This document shows positions 1 to 14,966 of a stretch of 64,000 nucleotides of DNA, piece by piece (position 1 is the stretch's first letter; every line of letters begins with the position of its first letter). The translations under genes and the position numbers were made by a program. The stretch is from Actinopolymorphaceae bacterium (GTDB lineage: Bacteria; Actinomycetota; Actinomycetes; Propionibacteriales; DAIQRJ01). Location of the stretch: positions 12,267 to 76,266 of the forward strand of contig DAIQRJ010000012.1 in assembly GCA_036786375.1 (NCBI GenBank), given 5' to 3'. The notes beneath the pieces were generated by a model that worked only from the letters and a program-made list of their open reading frames with translations, did no database searches and had not been told where the DNA came from.

Positions 1-2
1 AC

Positions 3-1832
3 GGTGATCAGTTCGTCCGCGGCGGCGACGAGCACCGCATCGTGTCCGGTGTCGTGCACTACTTCCGGGTACTGCCGCAGCTGTGGGAGGACCGGCTGCG
101 GCGCGTCTCGGCGATGGGGTGCAACACGGTCGAGACGTACGTCGCGTGGAACGTCCACCAGCCGCGGCATCCCTCGCTCGCCCCGGCGGACTTCGCCGGC
201 GGGGCGGACCTCCCCGCGTTCTGCCGGCTCGCCGACGAGGTCGGTCTCGACGTGATCGTGCGGCCCGGTCCCTACATCTGCGCGGAGTGGGAGTTCGGTG
301 GCCTGCCGGCGTGGCTGCTCGCCGACCCCGGCATGCAACTGCGCTGCGCGTACCCGGGATTCCTGGCCGCTGTGGACGAGTGGTGGGACATCCTGCTTCC
401 GCGGCTCGTCCCGCTGCTGGCGACCAACGGCGGCCCGATCGTCGCCATGCAGATCGAGAACGAGTACGGCAGCTACGGCAATGACAAGACCTACCTGGCG
501 CATCTTCGTGCCGGCTACGAGCGGCACGGGGTGGACGTGCTGATGTTCACCTCCGACGGGCCGACTGACCTGATGCTCGCCGGCGGGACCCTGCCCGACG
601 TGCTGGCGACGGTCAATTTCGGCTCGGAGCCGGAGTCGGCGTTCGACCTCCTGCGGCGATACCGGCCCGGAACGCCCTTGTTCTGCGTCGAATTCTGGAA
701 CGGCTGGTTCGACCACTGGGGCGAGCCGCATCACGTCCGTGCGGCCGACGATGCGGCCGATACGTTGCGACGCATGCTCGACGCCGGCGCATCGGTGAAC
801 TTCTACGTCGGGCACGGCGGCACGAACTTCGGCTTCTACGCCGGTGCGAACCACACTCCCGGGCCGGCGGGTTATCAGCCCACGATCACCAGCTACGACT
901 ACGACGCGCCGATCGGCGAGGCGGGCGAGCTGACGCCGAAGTTCCATGCCTTCCGGGAGATCCTGGCGTCGCGATCGACGACGCCGCTGCCCGACCCGCC
1001 CGCCGATCTGCCGCGGCAGGTGCCGCAGTCGATCGATCTGGTGGTGGCGCGCGCCGTGACGTTCCGCGGGTTGCTCGACGCCTTGTCGACGCCGGTCCGG
1101 CTGGCCGCGCCGGTGCCGATGGAGCAGCTCGGACAGGCCTACGGCTACACCCACTACCAGAGCGTCGTCCCCGCGCCGGCCGTCGGGGACGGCATCACCG
1201 GCACGCTCCGATTCGTCGGCCTGGCAGATCGTGCGCACGTGTTCGTGGACGGCCGGCTGGCCGGCATCGTGGCACGGCAGGACGAGAATCCCGCACTGGA
1301 GCTGCGGATTCCGGCCGGTGGCGCCGTGCTCGAGATCCTCGTGGAGAACACCGGTCGGGTGAACTACGGGCCCTACCTGCACGACCGCAAGGGTGTCGAG
1401 CAGGTCTGGTTCGACTATCAGCAGCTCTTCGACTGGCAGGCGCGGACTCTGCCGCTGGACGACATCTCCCTGGTCGAACGAGCCGTCGAGGAGTCCGCCG
1501 AGGCGGCAATGGCCGGTGCGCTCGGCGAACCGACGTTCGTCGGGCTCGACGTGTTCGTCGGCGCGTCTCCCGCTCCCGCTTCTGGCGCACGGGCGGCCGG
1601 CGACGCCTTCATCGCCCTGCCCGGCTGGACCCGCGGACGTGTGTGGCTCAACGGCTTCAACCTCGGCGCCTACCGGGCCGAGGGTCCCCAGGTCACTCTC
1701 TACGCGCCCGCGCCGTTGTGGCAGGTGGGCCGGAATCGCCTGCTGGTGCTGGAACTCGACGACGTCGGCGACGCGATCGAGATCCGTGACCGCCCCGACC
1801 TGGGACGCGTGCGTTCCGACGACGAGAGCTGA
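3..1832 (+). CDS. Beta-galactosidase, glycoside hydrolase family 35 (5' partial)
   Basis: HYFRV..W.DRL, NTVETYVAWNVH, RPGPYICAEWEFGGLP, QIENEYGSYG, EFWNGWFDHWG and TSYDYDAP are GH35 motifs. The frame is open to the window edge (GDQFVRGGDEHRIVSG). Confidence 0.93.
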   Translation, partial: GDQFVRGGDEHRIVSGVVHYFRVLPQLWEDRLRRVSAMGCNTVETYVAWNVHQPRHPSLAPADFAGGADLPAFCRLADEVGLDVIVRPGPYICAEWEFGGLPAWLLADPGMQLRCAYPGFLAAVDEWWDILLPRLVPLLATNGGPIVAMQIENEYGSYGNDKTYLAHLRAGYERHGVDVLMFTSDGPTDLMLAGGTLPDVLATVNFGSEPESAFDLLRRYRPGTPLFCVEFWNGWFDHWGEPHHVRAADDAADTLRRMLDAGASVNFYVGHGGTNFGFYAGANHTPGPAGYQPTITSYDYDAPIGEAGELTPKFHAFREILASRSTTPLPDPPADLPRQVPQSIDLVVARAVTFRGLLDALSTPVRLAAPVPMEQLGQAYGYTHYQSVVPAPAVGDGITGTLRFVGLADRAHVFVDGRLAGIVARQDENPALELRIPAGGAVLEILVENTGRVNYGPYLHDRKGVEQVWFDYQQLFDWQARTLPLDDISLVERAVEESAEAAMAGALGEPTFVGLDVFVGASPAPASGARAAGDAFIALPGWTRGRVWLNGFNLGAYRAEGPQVTLYAPAPLWQVGRNRLLVLELDDVGDAIEIRDRPDLGRVRSDDES

Positions 1833-1842
1833 GGTTCGACCC

Positions 1843-2913
1843 ATGACCACGCCCACCGGCACGACCTCGTCTGCCGCGAGCGGCCCCGGCCGGCTGAACG
1901 TCGTCCAGGCGATGTCCGCGGTATCGGCCGGCCGCCTTCTCGATGCGCGCAGCGCGGACGCGTTGCGGGCGGTCGCGAACGTCGACCTCGACCTGGTGGT
2001 GTCGGACTGGGGACAGGCCGCGGACCCGTCGGTGGCCGCTGCGCTGGCCCAGGCCGACGTGCTGCTGACGTGCTGGGGCTGCCCGCCGATCACCGCCGAT
2101 CAGCTGGGGTTGATGCCCCGGCTGCGGGCGATCGTGCACGGCGCCGGTTCGGTGAAAAGGCATGTGACGCAGGACTGCTGGGACGCGGGCCTGCTGGTGA
2201 GCACGGCGGCGGACGCCAACGCGGTGCCGGTCGCGGAGTACACGATGGCGATGATCACCCTTGCCACCAAGCGGGTCTTCGCCGTCATCGACGACGCGCG
2301 GACGCCCGATGGGCGTGCCGGCCGGCGGCACGACTTCGGCCGGCAGGAGCCGCGGACCGGGATGTACCGCACGGTGATCGGGCTCATCGGCGCCTCCCGG
2401 GTCGGTCGGGCGACAGCGGCCTTGCTGCGGCCGCTCGACGTGCGGGTGCTGATAGCCGATCCCACGATCACCGCGGCCGACGCAGCCGACCTCGGCGCGA
2501 CGCTGGTCGAGGTGGACGAGCTGATGCAGCGGAGCGAGATCGTCAGCATGCACGCGCCGAACATTCCGGCGACCCGGCACATGATCGACACCCGCCGGCT
2601 CGCCCTGATGCGTGATGGCGCGACCCTGATCAACACCTCGCGCGGCGCGCTGCTCGACCACGACGCGCTGATCGCCGAGACCCGTACCGGCCGGCTGTGG
2701 GCGATCCTCGACGTGACCGACCCGGAGCCGCTGCCGGCGGATTCCCCCTTGTGGGATATGCCGAACGTCGTGTTGACCCCGCACATCGCCGGGTCGACCG
2801 GAGGTGAGATCTACCGGATGGGCGCGGACGCGGTGCAGGAGATCGCGCGGCTCGCAGCCGGGCAGCCGCTGGCTCACGGGATCAGCGAAGCCCAGGTGGC
2901 GACGCAAGCCTGA
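1843..2913 (+). CDS. D-isomer-specific 2-hydroxyacid dehydrogenase family protein
   Basis: GLIGASRVGR Rossmann motif, LINTSRGALLD, AILDVTDPEPLP, LTPHIAGS. ATG at 1843 chosen inside the longer ORF. Confidence 0.9.
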   Translation: MTTPTGTTSSAASGPGRLNVVQAMSAVSAGRLLDARSADALRAVANVDLDLVVSDWGQAADPSVAAALAQADVLLTCWGCPPITADQLGLMPRLRAIVHGAGSVKRHVTQDCWDAGLLVSTAADANAVPVAEYTMAMITLATKRVFAVIDDARTPDGRAGRRHDFGRQEPRTGMYRTVIGLIGASRVGRATAALLRPLDVRVLIADPTITAADAADLGATLVEVDELMQRSEIVSMHAPNIPATRHMIDTRRLALMRDGATLINTSRGALLDHDALIAETRTGRLWAILDVTDPEPLPADSPLWDMPNVVLTPHIAGSTGGEIYRMGADAVQEIARLAAGQPLAHGISEAQVATQA

Positions 2914-2940
2914 TCGGGCGCGCCCCCTAGGCTCGACCGT

Positions 2941-4657
2941 GTGACCACAGCCTCGCCGTTGCGCGACCCCCCGCCGTTACGCAACACATGGACGACCATG
3001 CTCTGCGACTCGCTCGAGAAGGTGTTCCCGGACACGAGTCCGCGTCCGATGGACGCGACGATCGGGTTCCACGCCTTCAGGGGTGAGACCGTCTCGGTCC
3101 AGATCGCCTTCCTGCCGCCGTCACTCGTCGACGGTGGGCGTCTCCCGCACGTCGTCGTCGACGAGATCGCCGTGCCGCCGGGTGTCCGCGCCGAGGTCGG
3201 CCTGGTCGATCTCGTCCCTGCCACCTTCCTGGCGTTCGACGATCACGACGCCGGCTACCTGCGCGACACCGCGGGTCCTCTACCCCGACCCGATCCGGCC
3301 GCTCGGTCACGACGCCGTCCAGCCCTTCGTCGGGCAGTGGCGCGCGATCTGGATCGACGTCGTGGTGGCCGAGAACGCCGACGCGGCCACGGTCCCGCTG
3401 ACCGTCACCCTGCGGACCACCGACGGGACGGAGATCGGCACCCATCTCGTCGAACTCGAGGTCGTCGCCGCGACCCTGCCGCCGCTCGGCCTAGTGAACA
3501 CCCACTGGTTCCACTGCGACGGGCTCGCCCTGCACTACGGCGTCGACGTGTTCTCCGAGGAGCACTGGGCGATCATCGACAGATTCCTGGGCATCGCGGC
3601 CGAGGTGGGGATCAACTCGATCCTCACGCCGGTGTGGACACCCCCGCTCGACACCCCGCGCGGGGCGGTCCGGCTGCCGGTCCAACTGCTGGGGATCCGC
3701 GAGTCCGACGACGGCGGGTACGTCTTCGACTTCGCCAACGTCCGCCGCTGGATCTCCCTCGCCCGCAACCACGGCATCGCCTACCTCGAGATCGCCCACC
3801 TGTTCACCCAATGGGGCGCGACAGCCACGCCGGCGATCTACGTCGAGCGCGACGGCGTCACCGAGCGACGGTTCGGCTGGGACGTCCCTGCGACCGACTC
3901 GTCCTACCGCCGCCTCCTCGAAGCGCTGGTGCCCGAATTACGGGCCGTGCTGGACGAGGCGTGGGGGAGCGACGTCTTCTTTCATATTTCCGACGAGCCG
4001 CACGGCGACCAGGCGACCACGTACCGCGTGGCGCGGCAGGTCGTCGACGACCTGCTGGACGGCTGCACCATCATCGATGCGCTCAGCGACTTCGAGCTCT
4101 ACACGTCGGGCACGGTCCCGATCCCGGTCGTGGCCACCGACGCCGCCGAGCCGTTCCTCGAGGCTGGCGTCGACCCGCTGTGGCTGTACTACTGCGTCGG
4201 CCAGAACCGTGACGTCGCGAACCGCTTCATCGGGATGCCGTCGAGCCGCAACCGTGCCCTGGGCGCCCAGCTCTATGTCACCGGTGCGGCCGGATTCCTC
4301 CAGTGGGGCTTCAACTTCTACCTGTCGTGGGACTCGAGCCGGGTCGTCGACCCGTTCCAGACCCCGGATGCGGCCGGCGGGTTCCCGGCCGGCGACCCGT
4401 TCCTCGTCTACCCGGGGCCGGACGGTGTGCCGTGGCATTCGCTGCGTTCGCGGGTCTTCGCCGAAGCGGTCAACGACGTCCGGCTGATGCAGATGCTCCG
4501 TGACCTCGCCGGTGACGACGCCGTGCGCGGCATCGTCGATCCGGACGCGACGCTGACGCTCAAGCACTACAGCCTGGACCCCGACCACTACCGTCGGATG
4601 CGTGCGTCGCTGGTCGAGCGGCTCACCGCAGTCGTCAGGGGTCGACGGGCGCGCTGA
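2941..4657 (+). pseudogene. DUF4091 / GH123-like glycoside hydrolase gene with a single frameshift near 3277
   Basis: The N-terminal frame (DSLEKVFPD...GYLRDTAG) continues in another frame (LYPDPIRP...THWFHCDGLA...WLYYC...GFLQWGFNFY...GDPFLVYPG..SLRSRVF). Removing one base from ggtcctctac restores G-L-Y-P-D-P. Confidence 0.8.
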
Positions 4658-4671
4658 CGGGTCGAGGGGCG

Positions 4672-5346
4672 TCAGGCCATCGCGGCGGTGTTGCGTGCGA
4701 CGACGATGTCGCAGTCCGAGCTCCAGCTGATCGCCTCGTAGAGAGCGTGCCCCTCGACGGAGGCGATCAGCAGTCCGTAGGTCGCGCCGGCCGCCTGCGC
4801 TGCCGAGCCCAGCTCGGTCATCATGTAGCGACCGAAGCCCCGGCGGCGGAAGCCCTCCTCGGTCACGATCCGGTCGGCCACCGCGCCGCCGCGGGGTGTG
4901 AGCGCCATCCGGCCCGAGCAGGCGAGCTCGTTGGCCGGACCCCGCACCTCGCCGGTGAGAACGCCGTCGCGCAACTCGATCGTCGATGTGAAACCGTTCG
5001 GGCAGGCCGCCTGATCGTGCAGCCCGAGTTCGGTGCTCATGAGCCACTCGGGCCAGCCGGCTGGGACGACACCGCGTTCGGCGAGGATGCCCTGGGTGCT
5101 CGAGACGTCGTGCGTCGCCACCGTCGCCCATGTCGGCCGGGACCAGGCGCCGATGGTCGCCAGCAGGTCGGCGTCGATCACGGTGCCGGGATCGGGCCAC
5201 AGCAGCTCACGCTCGCGGCCGTCCTCGTTCGGGTACGACCAGAACGCGACGCCGGACTGTTGTGGTGCATCGAAGCCGCGGGACGCACACCAGCCGTACA
5301 CCCACTCGGCGCACCGCTGGGCCGTGGACAGGGAACTGAAGGTCAC
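4672..5346 (-). CDS. GNAT family N-acetyltransferase
   Basis: IVTEEGFRRRGFGR acetyl-CoA motif and GHALYEAISW. GTG start at 5346 inferred. Confidence 0.8.
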   Translation of the reverse strand: MTFSSLSTAQRCAEWVYGWCASRGFDAPQQSGVAFWSYPNEDGRERELLWPDPGTVIDADLLATIGAWSRPTWATVATHDVSSTQGILAERGVVPAGWPEWLMSTELGLHDQAACPNGFTSTIELRDGVLTGEVRGPANELACSGRMALTPRGGAVADRIVTEEGFRRRGFGRYMMTELGSAAQAAGATYGLLIASVEGHALYEAISWSSDCDIVVARNTAAMA

Positions 5347-5503
5347 GGCGCGAGAGCCTAACCGGTCGGGACGCTCCACCGGCCCCGGGTGACGTCCGGG
5401 ACGTATGCCTTCGTGCTGATGTGCGAGGTTTTCGGGCCCGCCACCGCCCATGACCGCAGGCGGTCACAGGCGACTGTCGTCGGTCCTGTCGTATCCTCCG
5501 GAC

Positions 5504-6244
5504 GTGAGCGACCTCATCGACACCACCGAGATGTATCTGCGCACGATCTATGAGCTCGAGGAAGAGGGAGTCGTCCCGCTTCGCGCCCGGATCGCCGAGC
5601 GCCTGCACCAGTCCGGACCCACGGTGTCGCAGACGGTCGCCCGGATGGCACGCGACGGGCTCGTGACGGTCGAGGGTGACCGCCACCTCGAGCTCACCCC
5701 GCAGGGACAGCGCCTCGCCACCCGGGTGATGCGCAAGCACCGGCTGGCCGAGCGGCTCCTCGTCGACGTCATCGGCCTCGACTGGGAGCTCGTGCACGAA
5801 GAGGCCTGCCGCTGGGAGCACGTGATGAGCGAGACCGTCGAGCGGCGGTTGATCGAGCTGCTCGAGCACCCCACCGAGTCTCCCTACGGCACGCCTATCC
5901 CCGGCCTGGACGAACTCGGTGAGCACGCTCCGGTCGAAGACTTCCGCGAAGGTGTGGAGTCCCTGCGTGCCCGGATCGAGCAGACGTCCGACGCGAAGCT
6001 GACCGTGACCGTCCGCCGCATCGGCGAGCCGGCCCAGACCGACCCGGCGACGATGAAGCTCCTGCGCCGCGCGGGCGTCCTCCCGGGCAAGGTCATCGAG
6101 GTCGTCCCAACCGACGCCGGCGTGCTGCTCGGCAGCGGCGGCGAGGCGGTCGAGATGGGTCTCGACGAAGCCGCGCACATCTTCGTCAGCGTCTCCGTGA
6201 GCGCAGCGGTGGCCGCGGCGCCGGTCAGCTCAACTCTCGTTTGA
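5504..6244 (+). CDS. ideR: DtxR/IdeR family iron-dependent repressor
   Basis: DLIDTTEMYLRTIYELEEEGVVPLRARIAERL, MRKHRLAERLL and HEEACRWEHVMSE are IdeR/DtxR hallmarks; FeoA/SH3-like C-terminus. Confidence 0.93.
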   Translation: MSDLIDTTEMYLRTIYELEEEGVVPLRARIAERLHQSGPTVSQTVARMARDGLVTVEGDRHLELTPQGQRLATRVMRKHRLAERLLVDVIGLDWELVHEEACRWEHVMSETVERRLIELLEHPTESPYGTPIPGLDELGEHAPVEDFREGVESLRARIEQTSDAKLTVTVRRIGEPAQTDPATMKLLRRAGVLPGKVIEVVPTDAGVLLGSGGEAVEMGLDEAAHIFVSVSVSAAVAAAPVSSTLV

Positions 6245-7775
6245 GCACCTTGCCGGTCGCCGTCATCGGCAGCGCATCGAGGAACTCGACGGTCCGCGGA
6301 TACTTGTAGGGCGCCATGTTCTCGCGCGCCCAGGCGACCAGTTCGTCGGCCTCGATCTCGACGCCGGGGACGCGGATGACGAACGCCTTGACCTCCTCGC
6401 CGACGGACTCCGACGGCACGCCGATCACGGCGGCGAGCGAGACGGCCGGGTGCGTGATGAGCACTTCCTCGATCTCGCGCGGGTACACGTTGAAGCCGTT
6501 GCGGACGATCATGTCCTTGGCCCGGTCGACGATGAAGTAGAAGCCGTCGGCGTCGCGGGTGGCCAGGTCGCCGGTGTGGAACCAGCCGTCTTTCATCACC
6601 GCGGCGGTCTCCGCCGGCCGCTGCAGATAGCCCTTCATCACGTTGTGCCCGCGGACGGCGATCTCACCGACCGTGTCGACCGCGGTGATCTCGGCACCGG
6701 CCACATCGACGAGGCGGACCTCGACGCCCCAGATCGGGAGCCCGATCGAGCCGGGTTTCGGTGCGCGATGCATCGGGTTGAACGTCGCCACCGGCGAGGT
6801 CTCGGAGAGCCCGTAGCCCTCCCGTATCCCGACGCCGAACCGGGCCGCGAACGAGGTGATGATCTCCACCGGCAGCGGCGCCCCACCCGCGACGGCGATG
6901 CGCATCCGGGCCGCGAGCGACGCGGTGTCGACGTGGGCGTCGAGGGCACCGAGCAACGCCCAGTACATCGGCGGCACGCCGGCGAAGAACGTCACCTCGT
7001 GCCGCTGCATGAGCGCCAGCGCCGTCCTGGGCTCGAAGCGGGGGAGCAGCACGAGCGTGTCGCCGCAGGCGAATCCGTAGTTCTGCTGGACGGTCTGCCC
7101 GAACGAGTGGAACAGCGGCAGCGTCACAAGATGGACGTCCTGGCTGCCGTCCTTGCGGCCGAGCAGTTGCTGCATGGCGACCACGTTGAGAACCATGTTG
7201 GCGTGCGTGAGCTCGGCACCCTTGGGCTGGCCGGTCGTGCCGCTGGTGTAGAGGATCACCGCGGTGTCGTCCGCGTCGGTGACCGCCGGGTCGAACGCGG
7301 TCGACCGTCCCGCACAGGCCTGCGCGAAGGTGACGGCCCCCGGGATCGGCCCCGCAGCGGCGGGGTCCGCGGTAATCACCACGAAGTGCTCGCACGTGTC
7401 CGTCGCCTCGAAGCCGGCGAATCCCTGGGCGCCCATCGCCAGCTCGGCGGTTCCCTCGAAGCACAGGTAGGCCCGGGCACCGGAGTCGGCGAGGTGATAC
7501 GCCACCTCGCGGGCGCGGAGCAGGACGTTGAGCGGGACGACGGTCGCACCCACCTTGAGGATCCCGTAGTAGGCGATCGGGAAATAGGGCAGGTTCGGAC
7601 ACGTCAGCGCCACCCGCTCGCCCCGTCCGATACCGAGACCGGACAGGTAGTCCGCAACCTGTGACGCGGCGGCGTCCACCTGCCGGTAGGTGAGGCGCGC
7701 GTCCCCGAGGACGACCGCAACGGTCTCCGGCGTGCGCCGGGCAGTGCTCTCGAGCAGCATCGACAGGTTGAGCAT
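6225..7775 (-). CDS. Long-chain fatty acid--CoA ligase (AMP-binding family)
   Basis: YTSGTTGQPKG, YGLSETSP, WFHTGDLA, DRAKDMIVRNGFNVYPREIE, TGKVLK. Confidence 0.92.
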   Translation of the reverse strand: MLNLSMLLESTARRTPETVAVVLGDARLTYRQVDAAASQVADYLSGLGIGRGERVALTCPNLPYFPIAYYGILKVGATVVPLNVLLRAREVAYHLADSGARAYLCFEGTAELAMGAQGFAGFEATDTCEHFVVITADPAAAGPIPGAVTFAQACAGRSTAFDPAVTDADDTAVILYTSGTTGQPKGAELTHANMVLNVVAMQQLLGRKDGSQDVHLVTLPLFHSFGQTVQQNYGFACGDTLVLLPRFEPRTALALMQRHEVTFFAGVPPMYWALLGALDAHVDTASLAARMRIAVAGGAPLPVEIITSFAARFGVGIREGYGLSETSPVATFNPMHRAPKPGSIGLPIWGVEVRLVDVAGAEITAVDTVGEIAVRGHNVMKGYLQRPAETAAVMKDGWFHTGDLATRDADGFYFIVDRAKDMIVRNGFNVYPREIEEVLITHPAVSLAAVIGVPSESVGEEVKAFVIRVPGVEIEADELVAWARENMAPYKYPRTVEFLDALPMTATGKVLKRELS

Positions 7776-7904
7776 GGTTCATCCTCTGCTCGCGGGGGTG
7801 CCGCGTACAGGTGGAATACCGGACACCCTGCCGACACGTGCGCAAACGGGCCGACGGCGAAGGACCGACCCCGGCCGGTCCGGCCGGTCGCTAGGCTGCC
7901 GCAC

Positions 7905-8662
7905 ATGCGTGCCGAGCTGTTCGTGACGTGTCTGGGGGACACGCTGTTCCCCGACGTCGGCATCCACACCGTCACCCTGCTCGAACGTCTCGGCGTCGAG
8001 GTGTCGTTCGACCCGCGGGCCACCTGCTGCGGGCAGATGCACATGAACACCGGCTACGCCGACGCCGCCCGGTCCCTTGCCACCACCTTCGTCGAGACCT
8101 ACCGCGGCAGCAGCGCGGACGCGATCGTCGTCCCGTCCGGATCGTGCGCGGCCACCATCCGGCACCACTTCGCGCGCCTCGGCGTCGGCGACACCGCCGA
8201 CCTCGGGCTGCCGCCGGTCTACGAGCTGTCGGAGTTCCTCGTCGACGCGCTCGACGTCACCGACGTCGGTGCGGTGTTCCCGCACCGCGTCACCTACCAC
8301 CCGACCTGCCACTCGCTGCGCCTGCTCGGCGTCGGCGACCGGCCCTACCGGCTCCTGCGTTCCGTCGAAGGACTCGAGCTGATCGACCTGCCCGACTCCG
8401 AGCAGTGCTGCGGCTTCGGCGGGACGTTCGCGCTCAAGAACGCGGACACGTCCACGGCGATGTGCATCGACAAGGTCGAGCGGGTCCGCCGGACCGGCGC
8501 CGAGGTGCTCGTGGCCGGCGATTCGTCCTGCCTCATGCACATCGGCGGCATGCTGACGAAGACCGGCGCCCCGGTGCGGGTCCTGCACCTGGCCGAGGTG
8601 CTCGCGAGCACGGAGTTCCGGCCGGTGCCCGCTTACGCCGGCCGGCCGGCGTGGGAGCGCGC

Positions 8663-8666
<4 letters not shown>
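7905..8666 (+). CDS. lutA: Lactate utilization protein A (Fe-S oxidoreductase, LutA/LldE)
   Basis: LFVTCLGD, CCGQMH, YHPTCHSLR, CCGFGGTF and DSSCLMHI (two CCG domains). TAGGCT -10-like hexamer just upstream suggests a leaderless mRNA. Confidence 0.9.
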
Positions 8667-13706
<5,040 letters not shown>

Positions 13707-13725
13707 CGCAACCTGGACGCGACAG

Positions 13726-14745
13726 TCAGCGCCGGGCGGCCGAGGAGGCCCGGACCACCAGCTCCGGCTGATAACGGACCTGGCGGTGCACGTGGGTGCC
13801 GTTGCTGGACGCCTCGGCCAGCAGGAGATCGGCGGCGGTCCGGCCGAGCGCGTAACGCGGTTGGGCCACCGAGCTCAGCGGCGTCGACAGCTCGGAGGCG
13901 AACTCGACGTCGTCGTAGCCGATGACGGCGATGTCCTCCGGCACGGCCACCCCGTGCCGGTTCAGCGCGCGCAGGACCCCGAGTGCCACCAGGTCGTTCA
14001 CACAGGCGATCGCGGTGACCGGCTCGTCGATGGCGAGCAGTTCCTCTGCGCCGCGTTCACCGGCCGCGGAATTCAAGCCGGGCGTGAGTTCGACGAGGGA
14101 GGTGGCGATGTCGAGGCCGGCCTTGCGGCACGCGGCCCGGAAGCCCTTGCCTCGGTCGACGCACGCCTGCGTCGTCGCCGGCCCGTTGAGGAATCCGATC
14201 CGGCGGTGGCCCTGCTCGAACAGGTGCGAGCCGGCGAGCTGACCCCCCTTCACGTCGTCGACGGCGACCGAGCAGAAGTCGCGTTCGCCCGCATGACGAT
14301 CGAGCAGCACCACCGGAACACCACTCGAGGCGACGACCCGCAGGTCGTCCAGGCCGCCGGTCGGAGTCACCAGCAGGCCGTGCAGATCCTGCTCACGCAA
14401 CAGATCCAGATACCGCTTCGTGCGCGCCGGATCGCCGTCGCTGGAGCACAGCACGAGCACGCGGCCGGCTTCGGCGAGCCGGTCCTCGACGCCGCGCGCC
14501 ACGTCGGTGAAGAACGGGTTCCCGATGTCGAGCACGATGGCGCCGACGATGCGGGACTCGCCGGCCCGCAGGGACCGGGCCGCTCCATTGCGGATGAAGC
14601 CGAGCTCGGCCACCGCAGCCAGGACCCGATCCCTTGTGCTCGGCGTCACCAACTCGGGTTTGTTCAGGACGTTCGACACCGTTCCGACCGACACCGCGGC
14701 GAGCACGGCGACATCGCGGATGCTGTTGCGATGGACTGTCGACAT
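13726..14745 (-). CDS. LacI family transcriptional regulator (probable rhamnose regulator)
   Basis: SIRDVAVLAAVSVGTVSNVLN HTH, NPFFTDVARG, VIGYDD, LSSVAQP. Divergent from the rhamnosidase gene. Confidence 0.9.
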   Translation of the reverse strand: MSTVHRNSIRDVAVLAAVSVGTVSNVLNKPELVTPSTRDRVLAAVAELGFIRNGAARSLRAGESRIVGAIVLDIGNPFFTDVARGVEDRLAEAGRVLVLCSSDGDPARTKRYLDLLREQDLHGLLVTPTGGLDDLRVVASSGVPVVLLDRHAGERDFCSVAVDDVKGGQLAGSHLFEQGHRRIGFLNGPATTQACVDRGKGFRAACRKAGLDIATSLVELTPGLNSAAGERGAEELLAIDEPVTAIACVNDLVALGVLRALNRHGVAVPEDIAVIGYDDVEFASELSTPLSSVAQPRYALGRTAADLLLAEASSNGTHVHRQVRYQPELVVRASSAARR

Positions 14746-14892
14746 CGGCGTCCCCCTCCCACGCTGGCTGGCTCTGGCTCCGGATGATCCCACCAGCGTC
14801 GACTTTCTGACAGAAGGTGTCTGGCTTCGGCCCCGGGACCGTTCGCAGGCGGCCGGGAGCGGACTGCTCGCACCGCCGTCACGGTCGTCGCA

Positions 14893-14943
14893 TTGACGCT
14901 GTCCGCCCGGCGCTCCTAGCGTGAGTGGGCCTGAAACCTTTCA
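14893..14943 (+). promoter_or_regulatory. Sigma-70-type promoter TTGACG-N18-TAGCGT followed by LacI-type operator TGAAACCTTTCA (14932-14943)
   Basis: Read directly from the sequence upstream of the GH78 gene. The near-palindrome is of the LacI-family type. Confidence 0.7.
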
Positions 14944-14966
14944 CTGGCCGGACTCGAGGAGCCCAC

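Noticed and set aside
3260-3300. Programmed frameshift in the DUF4091 gene
   Set aside because: No slippery sequence or stimulatory structure; similar indels recur across the window.
5450-6244. IdeR boxes near ideR or elsewhere in the window
   Set aside because: No TTAGG-N-CCTAA-like 19-mer was found by eye; a PWM scan would be needed.
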